A DNA stretch of 64,000 nucleotides, from assembly GCA_977017575.1 (NCBI GenBank), contig CDRNVI010000056.1:186001-250000 (forward strand). The letters are read 5' to 3'. The stretch is from Paramoeba atlantica (lineage: Eukaryota; Protista; Discosea). The position numbers and the translations under genes were made by a program. Shown in pieces: positions 34,333 through 47,361 of the stretch. Below the pieces are notes generated by a model, which saw only the letters and a list, made by a program, of their open reading frames with translations, searched no databases and was not told where the DNA came from. Position 1 is the first letter of the stretch; each line of letters starts with the position of its first letter.

Positions 34333-36052
34333 AATGCGGTACTTGGAGTAGGTAGACTGAAGTAGTACTTAATAAACATTTCTCTTGTAAAATGTTACGG
34401 AGTATAACACTAGAATCTAGTTTTCTTTGATTTTTATATGATTTACGTGTTAGAGTCGAATATCAATCTATGAATAGGTTTAATGGAGTTAAAACTATTC
34501 AACACAGTTAAAAGATGTCACAGAGTCTGTCTGTAAGAATTTTGCATAGCCAATACACGCAACGCTAGATTCTTTCTAGCACTATACATTGTAATATATA
34601 TTTTTTGGGTTCACCGGCACTATAAATGTAAATTGAAAGCAAAACAAATCGTAAAACCAATTTGGTCCAAAGGATAATTGATTTTGGTCAAAAAAAGTTG
34701 AAAAAGAATTAATAATTTCTTTTTTTTTTAATTTCTAACAGTTGCCTCAAGAATACGACCCGTTGCCCCTGGAAACTACACCCATAGACCGTGGATTATT
34801 TCGCTTTAGGTGGAATTTTGGAAAAGCACGGAAACTTGGTTCAATCTTGTGGGCTTAAAACAGTAAACCTCAATTTTTTTGTGGAACTAAAGTTTTTACT
34901 AGCGCGCCACAACCACATAAATTAACGTAACTTTAATTAACGTAGCATTAATTAACGTAAACACTTTTTTCTCCCAGAAATTACGTTAAATAATGTTATT
35001 CTTAATTAAAGTTTAACCGATATCCTAACTTTACCAAGTCAACTGGAGAAAATTGGCATTTTTCCAATACTGAATGAGTTTCATCCACTTGTAGCTCCCG
35101 CATTAGCACAACTTATTGATGCTTACACCGATTACCTCGGCGACCGTCTGGACAAGTACACTTGCAACCTTGTAGACCAATGTTCACAGTGCAATAACAC
35201 TAAGTTTCACCTTTAACCTCATAGTTGTGGTCACCATTTTCATCTACCTCATACCTACGAATGTTCAGCTACGACCCTACCTAAGCATGTAGGTACAGGA
35301 CCTCTTTGTATCTCTGATTCGCCAACAGAGTCACTCGCACTAGACTACATTTCTCGTCAATATGTTCGGTCGGTGTAGAGACACGAAGGATGCGTGAAAA
35401 ATCAACCCAGCTGACAGAAATTTTCCTCTTCGAGATGGAACGGGGTCTGCTAAACGAAGTATAAAGGGCGGGGGTCCGACACGCGAAGTATAAGGGGGGA
35501 GTCATAGCATTCGTAAATCCTCTTAGTTTTCGGGATAGCTTCTCTAAATGTCTACACGCATACGGTCCGATGCCTCCCCTCGTCCTAATCATACCTGCCA
35601 CAGGCCTCCAGACAAGGGATGTACCGGTCTGACGCCTGAAAATTGCAGCTTCAAAAATATAGCTTTTGAAGTTTTTGAAGTACTTGTAGAATTCGGTGGC
35701 GTGTTGGCTCACGTTTTCTGCCCATACTTCTCATCAAATAACAAAGAACACTAACCTCATCGTACTTCTCCAAAAAACACGAAGCAAATCGTTCTCCCGT
35801 CGTTTCCGTTCTCCTTCTTGGCTCTTCTGAAGTGGTACTTTCACCTTCTTCGACAGCGTTTTCCGCTAAAAGCTTTAGAGTGATCTTCAGGATAATGGCA
35901 GTCAATAACCACCGTACTAGTCGCTTCGTTAAACGCAGTGATTTGTTTGAAATGTAAACAAAATTTTAAATACAAATCGTCAATATTATTTACATTTAGC
36001 GAGCAGTGCTTTGGAGAGTAGTACTTTGAACTAACACTCGTATTTCAACACA

Positions 36053-36442
36053 ATGCAACGTGCCGTACGCGTGGCCGATGTCCCCTCTCGACCCGGTAAG
36101 GTGCGAAACGCAGTTCTCCCACAAGAATACAATATGTTTCGACTACTGAGTAACGCCAGTTTCGCTGAGGAATCATGGAACGAGAAAACGCCTGCTTGTG
36201 TGTGGAAGCATGTGGAGTGTAACAATGAGGGAGAGGTGACAAAGAAACAATGGACCAGATACGAAACAGTATACGTGTGTATACAGGAAGAGGAGAGAGT
36301 CTCTCTAAAAGGTTCACTGCGATGGAATTTCCCGCCCGATACGTTGATCTCCTTCGATGCTTCCTTGCAAGAGGTTTTGGAGGGGCACGTAGACTTGGCG
36401 GTTCTACCGGCAGGATTGAAAAAGTTTGATATTCGTTCGAAA
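36053..36442 (+). pseudogene. Truncated LRR subfamily A gene
   Basis: Homology stops after KKFDIRS and runs into a dispersed repeat. Confidence 0.8.
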
Positions 36443-37770
36443 CATACTCTATACCCCCCTATACCTTCCCCCTGGAACCCCCGGGATCCCCCACCCGGGT
36501 CCAGCGAACTCCATAGCCGAAAAAACGCCAAGTACTGTATGCCATTGGTTTCTTTTGGGACCTGACTGGGTTTGCCTCGGTTTGCATTTTACTGGTTTCA
36601 GTCCTCTTAGATATACAATTTCTTTTCAGTGGGAATTTGCTACACCTGTTGCTTCGTATCTCCCTCGCCCCTTTAAGCCTGGGTTCTATAAACCCACGAA
36701 ACGTGATCAGCTGGCCACCCGCTGAAAAAATGGCCAACTCGTCACCCCCTGAAAAAGTTGCCTGCTGATCATCCCCTGAAAACGTGGCCGGCTGACCATC
36801 CCCTTAAAAAAGTGGCCAACTCACCACCCGCTGAGAAAGTGGCCAGCTGGCCATTTTTTCACGGGGTTGTCAGTTGGCCATAAAAAATAGTACTTCTTTT
36901 TCGTTCATTCGTTATGGCCCCGGCCACTGAAGCACGTTTTGAAGAACCAAATAGTTCGCGAACTTAGTTTAGGAGCTGAAAAAGATTCCCCAAATTTTGA
37001 AACAGTTGTAGTTTATGAAATTGGGGATGATAATGAATCGTCTTTGCGATTTTTTATTCCACGCCCGCACACTTGAGCGAGCCGCGTTCCGAGTCACGAT
37101 TTTAGTAAACAGGTTCTAAAAACTGCGTACTCACTACGGGGATAGTGAGTACTCACTACTCACTGAGACTGGGTAGTGATACTCCTAGCATGGGGATTAT
37201 GAAAAAAAAAATATTGCAGCTGTGATTTAATCTTAAGATTTTCTTTAGTTTCTATTAGCACTGTTTCGGAAATGATTAAGAAGGCAATACGTCTCTTCTG
37301 AGGCAAATTAACCCAGTATCTTCTCAACAAGAACGTAAGCGCATTCACACCCCTCACCCCACTCCTTACCACACTCCACAGCATCCTCGTCCAACAATTA
37401 TTGGGCCCCTGGTTTTTACCCCCCCCTCCTAGCGTTGCTTTTCACCAAAACCAGTCAACGCTAGGATAGGGGGGGAGAGTAAGTGGGGGGGACTATGACA
37501 AATAAGTGGGAGGCACAGTACTTAGAAATGCATTTAGAAGTACATTAAAAGTGTATTCAAAAAAATATTTGTTTTGCGCTATTTAGGTACTAATCCTCCC
37601 AAAAGACAATGAGTAACCACTGTGTGCACTATTCGAAGCCAAAACTGGATTTATTCGAAAATTCATTAAACGTCGATAAATACCCATCCATCTGCTGCCT
37701 ACATTTATGGTTCACATTCGACTAAAAGAGTCCCATTTTTCCTCTACCTCTCTTTCTCTTCTACCCCCCC

Positions 37771-39351
37771 ATGCGTCCTCCCACCCCTTTTTCCTCCCCA
37801 CTCTACGCCCTCACCCGTCGTTTCACCACCATCCTGGCCGTACGCAAAGGCAACGTGGTCGCACTGATGGGCGACAGCCGCGTCACTCTGGGCCAAAGCA
37901 TCATTGCCAAAGACACCGCCCGGAAACTACGAAGGGCGGGACCTCCCCTCATCTCACGCTATGACCGCAAACCCCAACCCCGAGGAGAAAGCGCAGGGGT
38001 CTATGGTGAGCGAACACCACCGTACACCACGCCCCCAAAAGACGAATTCGAAAAACAACACAATCTACCCTCGGTAACTCACGGATCAAAGACCTTTCCT
38101 CCTTCTTCCTCCCCCTCTTCTCATGCGTCACAACAACAAGAAAACGAAAGGTTCAAAAACCAAACCCCAACCCCAACAACAACAACAACAACAACACCTT
38201 TTTCTGGCCAAGAAAAACAAAACCTTTTCAAAAATAAACCAACAACAACATTAACAACACAAGAACAAGAACAACAACAACAACAACAACAACAAGAGAA
38301 GAAAAACCCCAACCCCAAACCCAACCCCAACCACCATGAAAAAGGGGGTTCTTCATCTTCGGGGTCTTCGTTGTCTTCTTCTCTCAACCCCCAACCACAA
38401 GAACAACCACCCCCACCCCCCAACCCCAACGACGCCCTTGGCTCCGTCATGGTCGGCTTCGCGGGCTCCACCGCAGACGCCATGACACTCCTCTCGAAGC
38501 TCGAGGCGCAGCTCGCGGCGCACCCCGCCCAGCTCACCCGGGCCTGCGTCGAGCTCGCGCAGGAGTGGCGCGGGGACAAGAACCTCCGCCGGCTCGAGGC
38601 CTCCATGGTCGTCTGCGATGCCAGGGAGACGCTGGAGATCGATGGCGCAGGCAACGTGCTGACCCCGGAGGCGGATGGGATTGTGGGGATTGGCAGCGGG
38701 GGGCCGTACGCGAAGGCGGCCGCGAGGGCGCTGGTGGGGGTGGAGGGGTGGGGGGCGGAGAGGGTGTGCCGGAGGGCGATGGAGGTCGCGGCGAGTATTG
38801 ATTTGTTCAGCAATGACAGGTTCGAGGTGGATGTGATGGTGGGGGAGGGGGAGGGGGGGGAGGGGGAGGGGGAGATGGGGGAAAAGGGGGGGATGGGAGA
38901 GATGGGGGGAGAAGGAGAAAAGGGGGGGATGGGGGGGAAGGGGGAGATGGGGGGGAAGGGGGAGATGGGGGGGATGGGGGAGAAGGGGGAGATGGGGGAG
39001 ATGGGGGAAAAGAAAGGAAAAGAGATGGGAATGGGGGAGAAAAAAAGGGTAGAGGACAACGGGGGAGAGGTGAAGGAGAAAGGGGGTGAGGGGAGAGGGG
39101 AGGGGGGAAAGGACGTGGGTTCCGAGGTTGCGGCTGAGGAAAGGCCGGCGGGGGGGGAAGAGGGGAAGAAAGGGTCGGTCACCCACGAGGGTGGGAAGAC
39201 GAAGCGGGGTGAGGAAACGGATGGGGAAAAGTCGGGGACTCAAGGGGAGAAGGCACGCAAGGCGAGTCCAAAGTTAGCGAAAGATGCGCCCGCTGCTGAT
39301 GTCAAGCCGTGCGATTCGAGTGTGAAGTCACCCAAAAAGGAGAAGAAATGA
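37771..39351 (+). CDS. hslV: Mitochondrial ATP-dependent protease subunit HslV with low-complexity insertion and tail
   Basis: Presequence then TTILAVRKG; GDSRVTLG; VGFAGSTADA; LRRLEASMVVCD; GIGSGGPYAKAAARAL; IDLFSN. Confidence 0.93.
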   Translation: MRPPTPFSSPLYALTRRFTTILAVRKGNVVALMGDSRVTLGQSIIAKDTARKLRRAGPPLISRYDRKPQPRGESAGVYGERTPPYTTPPKDEFEKQHNLPSVTHGSKTFPPSSSPSSHASQQQENERFKNQTPTPTTTTTTTPFSGQEKQNLFKNKPTTTLTTQEQEQQQQQQQQEKKNPNPKPNPNHHEKGGSSSSGSSLSSSLNPQPQEQPPPPPNPNDALGSVMVGFAGSTADAMTLLSKLEAQLAAHPAQLTRACVELAQEWRGDKNLRRLEASMVVCDARETLEIDGAGNVLTPEADGIVGIGSGGPYAKAAARALVGVEGWGAERVCRRAMEVAASIDLFSNDRFEVDVMVGEGEGGEGEGEMGEKGGMGEMGGEGEKGGMGGKGEMGGKGEMGGMGEKGEMGEMGEKKGKEMGMGEKKRVEDNGGEVKEKGGEGRGEGGKDVGSEVAAEERPAGGEEGKKGSVTHEGGKTKRGEETDGEKSGTQGEKARKASPKLAKDAPAADVKPCDSSVKSPKKEKK

Positions 39352-39754
39352 GGGAGATGGGAGAGTCCTGGTATTTATCTTGATATTTGCGATCATTGCA
39401 TTTTTTTTGTTGTCGGTGGAACAGATTCCCGGGGGATGTAATTTTTCCAATACCTTCATGTAACTCTTTTACTGCGATAAATTGTGTTATCACCCATACA
39501 TCGAACTCTTTCGAGGAGGATATATTTTTTAACCCATGAATCGAATGCGAGTGGTGTGATGATATTGCCCATCTACGGATACACATCGTTAAGACACTTT
39601 TATATTTCTCGTTTGATCTATGCAGTTTGCTTTGTGGAAATCAAAACTCACATCAGAGCCAATTCTCAAGGAAATTTTAACCTATTCGACCTTTTTTACA
39701 GATTTCGTCATTTTTTCATGTCTTTGATTCTTTTTACATTTACCTTGAAGATTA

Positions 39755-40562
39755 ATGCACGGCACCTACTGCATCGATGTCGGCTCCGATTTACGTCGAG
39801 GCAAAGTGACCTCTCTGCTACTACCCCAAGAGGATATGCTGGAACGTTTCATTTCAAACCTAACGGGAAGGCACAAATCATGGCGTACGACGAAGAAGAA
39901 TATGTTTGGACGTCTCAAACGTTTAGCGGCATGCAAGTGGAAAGGCGTCACATGTGATCAGGACCAGACAGTGCGCTACATTGAATGGATCTCAATGGAT
40001 CTTTTGGGGACCTTAAAATGGGAGTTGCTGCCTTACACGGTAGTTTCCTGCAAATTGATTCGTAACAGACGAATGAGAACGGTTGAACTGGACACTTTGC
40101 CATCTTCTTTATCGCTTTTAATATTAGCAGACAATACTTTTACTGGGGAACTACATCTATCCGATTTGCCCGACACTTTACAGAATTTTAGCGTGAGTAG
40201 CAATCAATTTGAGGGGAGCGTAGATCTTCCGAATCTGCCTTCGACGTTAAACGTTCTATATCTTAATACTAACCTGCTTTCTAGTGCCGTCGATCTTTCT
40301 CACCTACCGGACTTGGAACACCTCCACCTGAACAGCAGGGCCTCTCTCTCTGGGACATTTGCCCGCATCACTTAGGTTTGCTAACTTTTACAATAACTTA
40401 TTTTGTGGTTTAGTAACTTTTGACGGCCTTCCCAAAGGCTTGACATTCTTGTCCCTCCACAGTAACAAAGGCGTTTATGGCGAGATTGACAATTGCGTGT
40501 TTCCGGAGACTTTGCGAATTCTGGAATATTATGGTACAGAAATTCATATGAAATCTACGTAG
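39755..40562 (+). pseudogene. LRR subfamily B gene with an 11-nt frameshifting deletion near 40333
   Basis: Close paralog of 44285..45103; the C-terminus continues in ORF 40359..40562. Confidence 0.85.
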
Positions 40563-41493
40563 TGTTTTGAGTTTCCGAGAATACCACTTTCTATGTTTCC
40601 CTTTTTGTGAAATCCAGTCCCGGTGAACTGGTTACCTTTTCTTCGCCACCTTCCTGTGGTACTCACAAGAGGAGACCGACAAGTTTCGCCACTTCGCATA
40701 TAGCGTTGTCGAATGCACTGATTTGGAGGTATGCAATGATTTGGATTTGAATGTATCTCATCATAAAAATATCATACAATTGTATCTTGGCTTCCAAACT
40801 CTCAGAATGTGCTTTGGCAATTTTGAAAAAAATATTTTTTTACCTTTTTTTTCGGTAGAAAAAATAGTTTTGGGTCCCCTGCAATATTGCTTGAAACTTT
40901 TGTCGGACACATCCTGCGATCACAACGCAGAGTTACCCCCTGTTGTGTGGGTAAAAAATCATCATCGAGGCGTGCGCTACCACTTCCCCTAACTCAATTT
41001 TGAAAATCAAAGATATTTGTTTTTGCTAAAAGAAATCGGCAAAAAAACGGGCCACGTCCGGGCCAAATTTGAGGAAAGGGTGAACAAAATCTTTGGCGAC
41101 CAATTAATAAATATGGTATATTATATTATACCATATTATATCGTAGCGAGGGTGTGTTAAAAGTGGTTCCCCACCCTCCCTGGAAAGGGTAAAGTTGTTA
41201 AAGTTGGCCGACCTCGGTCAACGGGAGGGCAACAATCAGGCAAACAAACGGTAAAACTACTGATATTGCCCATCTACGGATACACATCATTAAGACAGAT
41301 TTATATTTCTCGCTTGATCTATGCAGTTTGCTTTGTGAAGCGCAAAACTTACATTACGGCGAATTCCCAATGTGACTTCAAACTATTGGACCGCTTTTTC
41401 ACTGCCTATTTTCATCGGAGGAAAAATATATTTTTACTTTTTTTGTCATGCTTACTTGTGTGTATTTTTTTATTACCTTTACCTTTAAGCTTA

Positions 41494-42324
41494 ATGAACA
41501 GCAATTATTGTATCGACGATGGATCCGATTTACGCCGTGGTAAAGTGACCTCTCTGCTACTACCCCAAGAGCATATGCTGGAACGTTTTATTTCAAACCT
41601 AACTCGAAAAGATAAATCCTGGCATACGACAAAGAAGAATATGTTTGGACGCCTCAAGCACGTATCGGTGTGCAATTGGCAAGGCGTGACATGTGATAAG
41701 AATCAAACAGTGACTCATATTCTATGGAATTATATGAATCTTCGCGGATCTTTGCAGTGGGAGTGTTTTCCTCATACAATAGTTTCCTGCAACCTTTTTG
41801 AGAACAGACTAGTGGGATCAGTAGAACTTGACATTTTACCATCTTCACTATTTTTTTTGGTTTTGACAGCCAATACTTTTACAGGGGAAATACATCTAAC
41901 CGATTTGCCTAACGCATTGCAGAATCTTTACATGAATGGCAACGGATTTAGAGGGAGTGTAGATCTTACGAACCTCCCTTCAGGATTAGAATTTTTATAT
42001 CTCAATAACAATCAGTTTTTTGGTGCCGTCGATCTTTCTCATCTACCGGACTTGAAAGAACTCTACTTGGGCAACAACATGTTTACAGGACCTCTTTCTT
42101 TGCAACATTTCCCCACATCTCTTAAGGTTGCTCACTTTGGCAACAATTTATTCTCTGGTTTGGTAATGTTTGACCGACTTCCCAAAGGCATGATAGATTT
42201 GTCCCTGCATAATAATAGAGATCTTTATGGCGAGATCAACAGTCCCGTCCTTCCCAAAGATTTACGAATTCTCACATACTGGGGTACAGGAATTTATTTG
42301 AAATCTACGCAGTATCTAGGCTAG
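41494..42324 (+). CDS. LRR protein, subfamily B
   Basis: ATG at 41494 aligns with paralog starts (MNSNYCIDDGSDLRRGKV); about 8 LRRs. Confidence 0.9.
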   Translation: MNSNYCIDDGSDLRRGKVTSLLLPQEHMLERFISNLTRKDKSWHTTKKNMFGRLKHVSVCNWQGVTCDKNQTVTHILWNYMNLRGSLQWECFPHTIVSCNLFENRLVGSVELDILPSSLFFLVLTANTFTGEIHLTDLPNALQNLYMNGNGFRGSVDLTNLPSGLEFLYLNNNQFFGAVDLSHLPDLKELYLGNNMFTGPLSLQHFPTSLKVAHFGNNLFSGLVMFDRLPKGMIDLSLHNNRDLYGEINSPVLPKDLRILTYWGTGIYLKSTQYLG

Positions 42325-43249
42325 ACAAAAATTGAATCTTTGGAAAATTGAAGCACATTTAGGCACATAATTTTTGGTGAAATTGAAGCAAAAGTTTAGC
42401 TTTTCTTATTTCCGATTTCTGTAATAACAAATGAGTCACCGGCAGTGCAAATGTAGGTTGAAATGCGTTTTTTGTAAAAAGAAATCTTTTCATAAATTGT
42501 ATCTTAAAATGGGTGTTGTATTGTATTTAAACGTTCGGTGAACGGTTTTAGCGGCATTCAAAGTGGTATTTCAACTCTTTTACACTCTGCTTTCCACTGA
42601 CTACAATTCACTTACGTCACATACAGCTGCACGGGTACAGTTGTCGGTTAGATATCAAGAAAACACTACTCTCTACATACATTGTATATGTATCTTCACT
42701 TACTTGAGGAGCTGTCGGTGGCGAGATTTCACGAGATTTCGCGAATATTCACCGGGGGGTTATCATGGTTTCGCGAGGTTTCATCGACGTTTCGAAAGGT
42801 CTCGTCGAGGCTTCTTGGGGGTTTAAAATATAAAGAGGAACACAGGAATAAAGAAAAATTTACTCCTCCTCCCATAAGTACAGTGGTGATCAGCGTCTTT
42901 TACCCGCCCCCCTACAGGTCTTGTATTTTGTTCGATTTTGGAAAAATTTTGTATGGGACTGTTTTTCGACCCAATCTTTCCAAATCCGAGGTCCTTCTCA
43001 CTCGTGGACACCTGAAGAGCTGCGGGTATGATCTCGCGTGATCTCACGTGATCTCGTTTTGAGGTCGTCCAACCACCCTCCCGAGCCAAATCCGCTCTCG
43101 AGAGATCTCGCGTGATCTCACGTGATCTCGCATGATCTCGCGTGACCTCATACTGGGCCTCACCCGCAGCCCCTCATCTGTATCATTCCTGCTCCCAAGC
43201 TGCAAAAAACTCGATATTTTTTTTACGAAGTATATTTTTTTCAAGATCA

Positions 43250-43503
43250 ATACATTTTGGTATTTGACAAAGGAGCACCGCCCCCTATGTTTACCTTACT
43301 CTCGCGTGCGCCCTGAGATGCGCACGGCACTCGTGATTGAATACGGGCGACTTAAGTCCTATAAGGCAGTCGCAAAACTTCATAAATTATAGATCCTCCA
43401 CAGGAGGGCTGTGTGAGAGCTCTCGAACGTGCTAACATTTTCCAAAATTGGCTAAAAGTTTTACAAATTTTAGACCCTCCCCAGCATTAGCTGATCCCCC
43501 CTG
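43250..43503 (+). mobile_element. Deleted Tc1-type element: HTH fragment plus right TIR
   Basis: RPEMRTALVIEYGRLKSYKAVAKLH followed by the TIR ending GATCCCCCCTG. Confidence 0.6.
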
Positions 43504-43636
43504 TGTACTACATTTGTTCGATGGCTTAAGGCAATGAAAATTACCTTAAAATCCAGTAAAAATACGTTTGTTCATTCGTACCCATCAAATATGGAAGATT
43601 TATTATTATTTTCTTATTTATTAATATTTTCTTCTA

Positions 43637-44208
43637 CAGGGGGGATCAGCTAATGCTGGGGGGTCTAAAATTTGTAAAACTTGGCCCATTTTGGAAAATA
43701 ATAGCCCATTCGAGAGCTCTCACACAACCCTCCTGCGGAGGATATGTCGTTGTGCATAAAATCGACAGTTTTATAAAGTGGTGGGAGGGTCAAAAACGTC
43801 GATTGTTTTTTAAGAAATTCTGACGTTGTTTCCCCGAAACGTAAAGCCAAGCCTAGTACTCACAGTGACGCCCGTTCCTCTCTATAGCAATATTTACGTA
43901 CCCTGGGGTGAGAAACGGCTCTCCGGCAATTTCTCCCGAAGTGAACGTGAAGATACTCATCTTTGAGGCATGAATCATGAAAACAGGAGAAATCTCAAAA
44001 CAAATCAAACAAATTGCAAAAAATGCAAGTCGAACGTGTGTAAAAGCACGGGAAACGACAACAAAACGCGCTTCGTGTGTAAAAACACGGGAAACGATAT
44101 ACCCTCCACGGGAGGTCTGTGTGAGAGCTCTCGAATGTGCTATTATTTTCTGAAATTGGCCAAGTTTTACAAATTTTAGACCCCCCCAGCATTGGCTGAT
44201 CCCCCCTG
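43637..44208. mobile_element. MITE with ~100-bp TIRs and TA target duplication
   Basis: TA|CAGGGGGGATCAGC ... GCTGATCCCCCCTG|TA. Confidence 0.9.
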
Positions 44209-44284
44209 TATTTATTATATTATTATTGTTATTTTCTCATGAATTCTTGTGTTTGTTTGTTTATTACATTTACCTTGAAGATTA

Positions 44285-45103
44285 ATGCACGGCACCTACT
44301 GCATCGATGACGGCTCCGATTTACGTCGAGGCAAAGTGACCTCTCTGCTGCTACCCCAAGAGGATATGCTGGAGCGTTTCATTTCAAATCTAACGCGAAG
44401 GCACAAATCATGGCGTACGACGAAGAAGAATATGTTAGGACGCGTCAAACATGTATCGGTATGCAAGTGGAAAGGCGTCACATGTGATCAGGATCAGACT
44501 GTGCGCTACATTGAATGGTGTTCAATGAATCTTTTGGGCACCTTAAAATGGGAGTTGTTGCCTTATACGGTAGTTTCCTGCAAATTGATTCGTAACCGAC
44601 TAATGGGAACGGTTGAACTGGACACTTTGCCATCTTCTTTATCGCTTTTAATATTAGCAGACAATTCTTTTACCGGGGAACTACATCTATCCGATTTGCC
44701 TGACACTTTACAGAATTTTAGTGTGAATGATAATAAATTTGAGGGGAGCGTAGATCTTACGAATCTGCCTTCGACGTTAAACGCTCTATATCTTAATAAT
44801 AACCAGCTTTCTAGTGCCGTCGATCTTTCTCACCTACCGGACTTGGAATATCTCTACTTGAACAATAACATGTTTACAGGGCCTCTCTCTCTGGGACATT
44901 TGCCCGCATCACTTAGGTTTGCTAACTTTTACAATAACTTATTTTGTGGCTTAGTAACTTTTGACGGTCTTCCCAAAGGCTTGACATTATTGTCCCTCCA
45001 CAGTAACAAATACCTTTATGGCGAGATTGACCGTTGCGTGCTTCCTAAGACTTTGCGAATTCTGGAATATTATGACACAGAAATTCATATGAAATCTACG
45101 TAG
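44285..45103 (+). CDS. LRR protein, subfamily B
   Basis: Intact ORF, about 8 LRRs. Confidence 0.9.
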   Translation: MHGTYCIDDGSDLRRGKVTSLLLPQEDMLERFISNLTRRHKSWRTTKKNMLGRVKHVSVCKWKGVTCDQDQTVRYIEWCSMNLLGTLKWELLPYTVVSCKLIRNRLMGTVELDTLPSSLSLLILADNSFTGELHLSDLPDTLQNFSVNDNKFEGSVDLTNLPSTLNALYLNNNQLSSAVDLSHLPDLEYLYLNNNMFTGPLSLGHLPASLRFANFYNNLFCGLVTFDGLPKGLTLLSLHSNKYLYGEIDRCVLPKTLRILEYYDTEIHMKST

Positions 45104-45802
45104 TGTTTTGAGTTTCCGAGAATACCACTTTCCTATTTTCGTATTTTTAAAGTCCAGTCCCGGTGATCTGGTTATCTTTTCTTCGCTACCCTTCCTGTGG
45201 TACTCACAAAATGAGAGACAAATTTCGCCACTTCGCACATGGCGTTGTCGAATACACTGAGTTCTCCTGTACTGGCAATTCCCCCAACAGTTTTGCCAAC
45301 TTAGACTTCTCCTCTCTTGTAAATCCTCGTAACAGGCGAACGTCAATACGTTTCTTTAAAGAAAAATTGTTTGGATTGCTTATCGAAGATGCACATACCA
45401 CCATTTCTTATGAGTTCCTTTTTCTAATGGGAAACCTTTTTATATGATTAAAGAATTTCGTACAGAAAGCTCAATGTTTGGCTGCTCTAGGAATTTGCTG
45501 ATTACGCAGTGCATCCTACTTGTTACTGTCCTGTCTCATTAGCGCGGCGCCAAGCGCGCAGAGCCCGATATTTCCCTTGTTTTCTTTGTGCTGCAAAGAT
45601 CCTTACTGTTTTGGTACTTTCTTTTTTTACTGTTTTTGGTACTTTCTACGACCGGGGTCACTTCAAAATGTTCCAACTCTGCATCAAGCGCGCAGAACCC
45701 ATCTCGCAAGGTTACTACGACAGCTTGAGAGACGTTGTCGGATGAGAAGGTATCACGCACCATCGCATCAATGGTCCGTCGGACTACTCGAGCTCCATTC
45801 TC

Positions 45803-45829
45803 AAAAGATACAGTTTCTGTACCTTGTTG
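45803..45829 (+). other. Isolated spliced-leader exon 3' fragment without GT donor
   Basis: AAAAGATACAGTTTCTGTACCTTGTTG followed by TACTATG; 42 nt upstream of the ATG at 45872. Confidence 0.75.
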
Positions 45830-45871
45830 TACTATGTTGTATAGAAATGATATGCGTCTGTAGCCCCTAAT

Positions 45872-47361
45872 ATGGCAAGCTCAGACGTTCCTGCACCAGC
45901 ATCACGGGGGGAACGACATGTGAGGATCAGGAGCACCACAAGTATGACATTGACAGCGTTCACGAGCATTAAGTCTGCGGCTGCCAGCTCTCTCGTCAAA
46001 CAGTTTTACCCAAATCCCGAGACCGGTCGCGCCGCCCTCACTAACGCGCTCGATAAAAACAATCCAGCCTGCGGACTCATGGTCGAATCGACCGAACTGT
46101 TTAGGTATAGAGTTCGACATCGAGGAGCCGATGAAGGATGGACCTATTATCCGAGCGTTGCTGACCTACATGCCAGGAAATTTTCTTCTACTTATTCCCG
46201 CGTCGACTCCCTCAGTCGTGCCCTCGTCAGATATTTTGAAGGATCTCCTCCCAAACTCCTGCCCTTTGAAATCGAATCATTGCACACAGACAGTCAAGAA
46301 GCAACATCGACACCAATCGCCACCGAATGCAAACACAGCTGTATAAACAAGGAAACATGTTCCCACGCATGCTGTAAGCGACATCTTACGGGCCATGCGA
46401 ACATCACTCCCAACGAAGAGCCCCGGACTGCGACAAGTAGCAATGCGGACACGAATATCGCTCCCAACGAAGAGCCCCGGGGTGCAACAAGTAGCAACGC
46501 CGACACTAGCGAGTGCAAACACCCCTGTCGCGACAAACGTACCTGTAAGCACTTATGCTGTAAACGTCACTTGCCTTCCCGCACTGCTGTAGAATCTCCA
46601 ACTGCTGAGCCACAGCATGAAGGCGGAACCTCGCAGCATAGCGAAACACAGGTGTCTTCTCGGGAAGTTGAAGAATGTAAGCATATCTGCACCGACAAAC
46701 GCGCATGCAAACACCTATGCTGCAAACGTCACCTATCGCTTACCCTTGTCCATCCCGACGATAGCTCTGGAATAGACGCCACCGACTCACATCGCGAATC
46801 GCGCGATTTACCCCCACCACGTCCAGCACAGGTCCCTCCTAGCTCCAACAAACCGAGAACCCGTTCAGTCCCTACACGCACAACTTATTACTCTGCTGGA
46901 AATGACAACACCTCTCCGGAAACAAGAACCGTCTACCACACACTGCACTCGATTGGTAGTACTGTCGGAACCTACATCATAAGCACCGCGCGTCAAGTTC
47001 TCGCTACAAGTACCACTCCGGGACACAAACCGCATCTCAGTAGAATAACTGAGCAAAACCTTTGTGGTAATGCCCAGATAGAAAACACAGAAGAACTTTC
47101 ACAAGTAACATGCAAGCTGAAACGGACACGACGGAAACGATCCGGCCCACGGAATGTAAGCATGTCTGCGGGAACAAGCGTACGTGCCTTCACCAGTGTT
47201 GCAAAAGACACCTGGATAGCGCCCCAACACAGCAACAGCGTGACACCGCGGCAACCCAGTACACGGGCGACGAACTCCCAGCACCGCTTCCCCCACCACC
47301 GCATGAACCTAGTGAAGTACACTTACCTTCCCCCACTACCCCGCAGTACGTCGAAATTTAG
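45872..47361 (+). CDS. Protein with four CxHxCxxKxxCxHxCCKRHL repeats; frameshift between 47071 and about 47150, truncated by a repeat
   Basis: Three repeats in ORF 45872..47401 and the fourth in ORF 47110..47361. Confidence 0.65.

Noticed and set aside
37936-38436. Spliceosomal intron or intein in hslV; CCCCAA runs as telomeric repeats
   Set aside because: No GT-AG ends, no intein terminal residues, the frame stays open, and the CCCAAC runs encode Pro-Asn repeats
38121-39243. Long minus-strand ORFs 38121..39182 and 38353..39243
   Set aside because: Antisense shadows of the GC-rich, low-complexity hslV sequence
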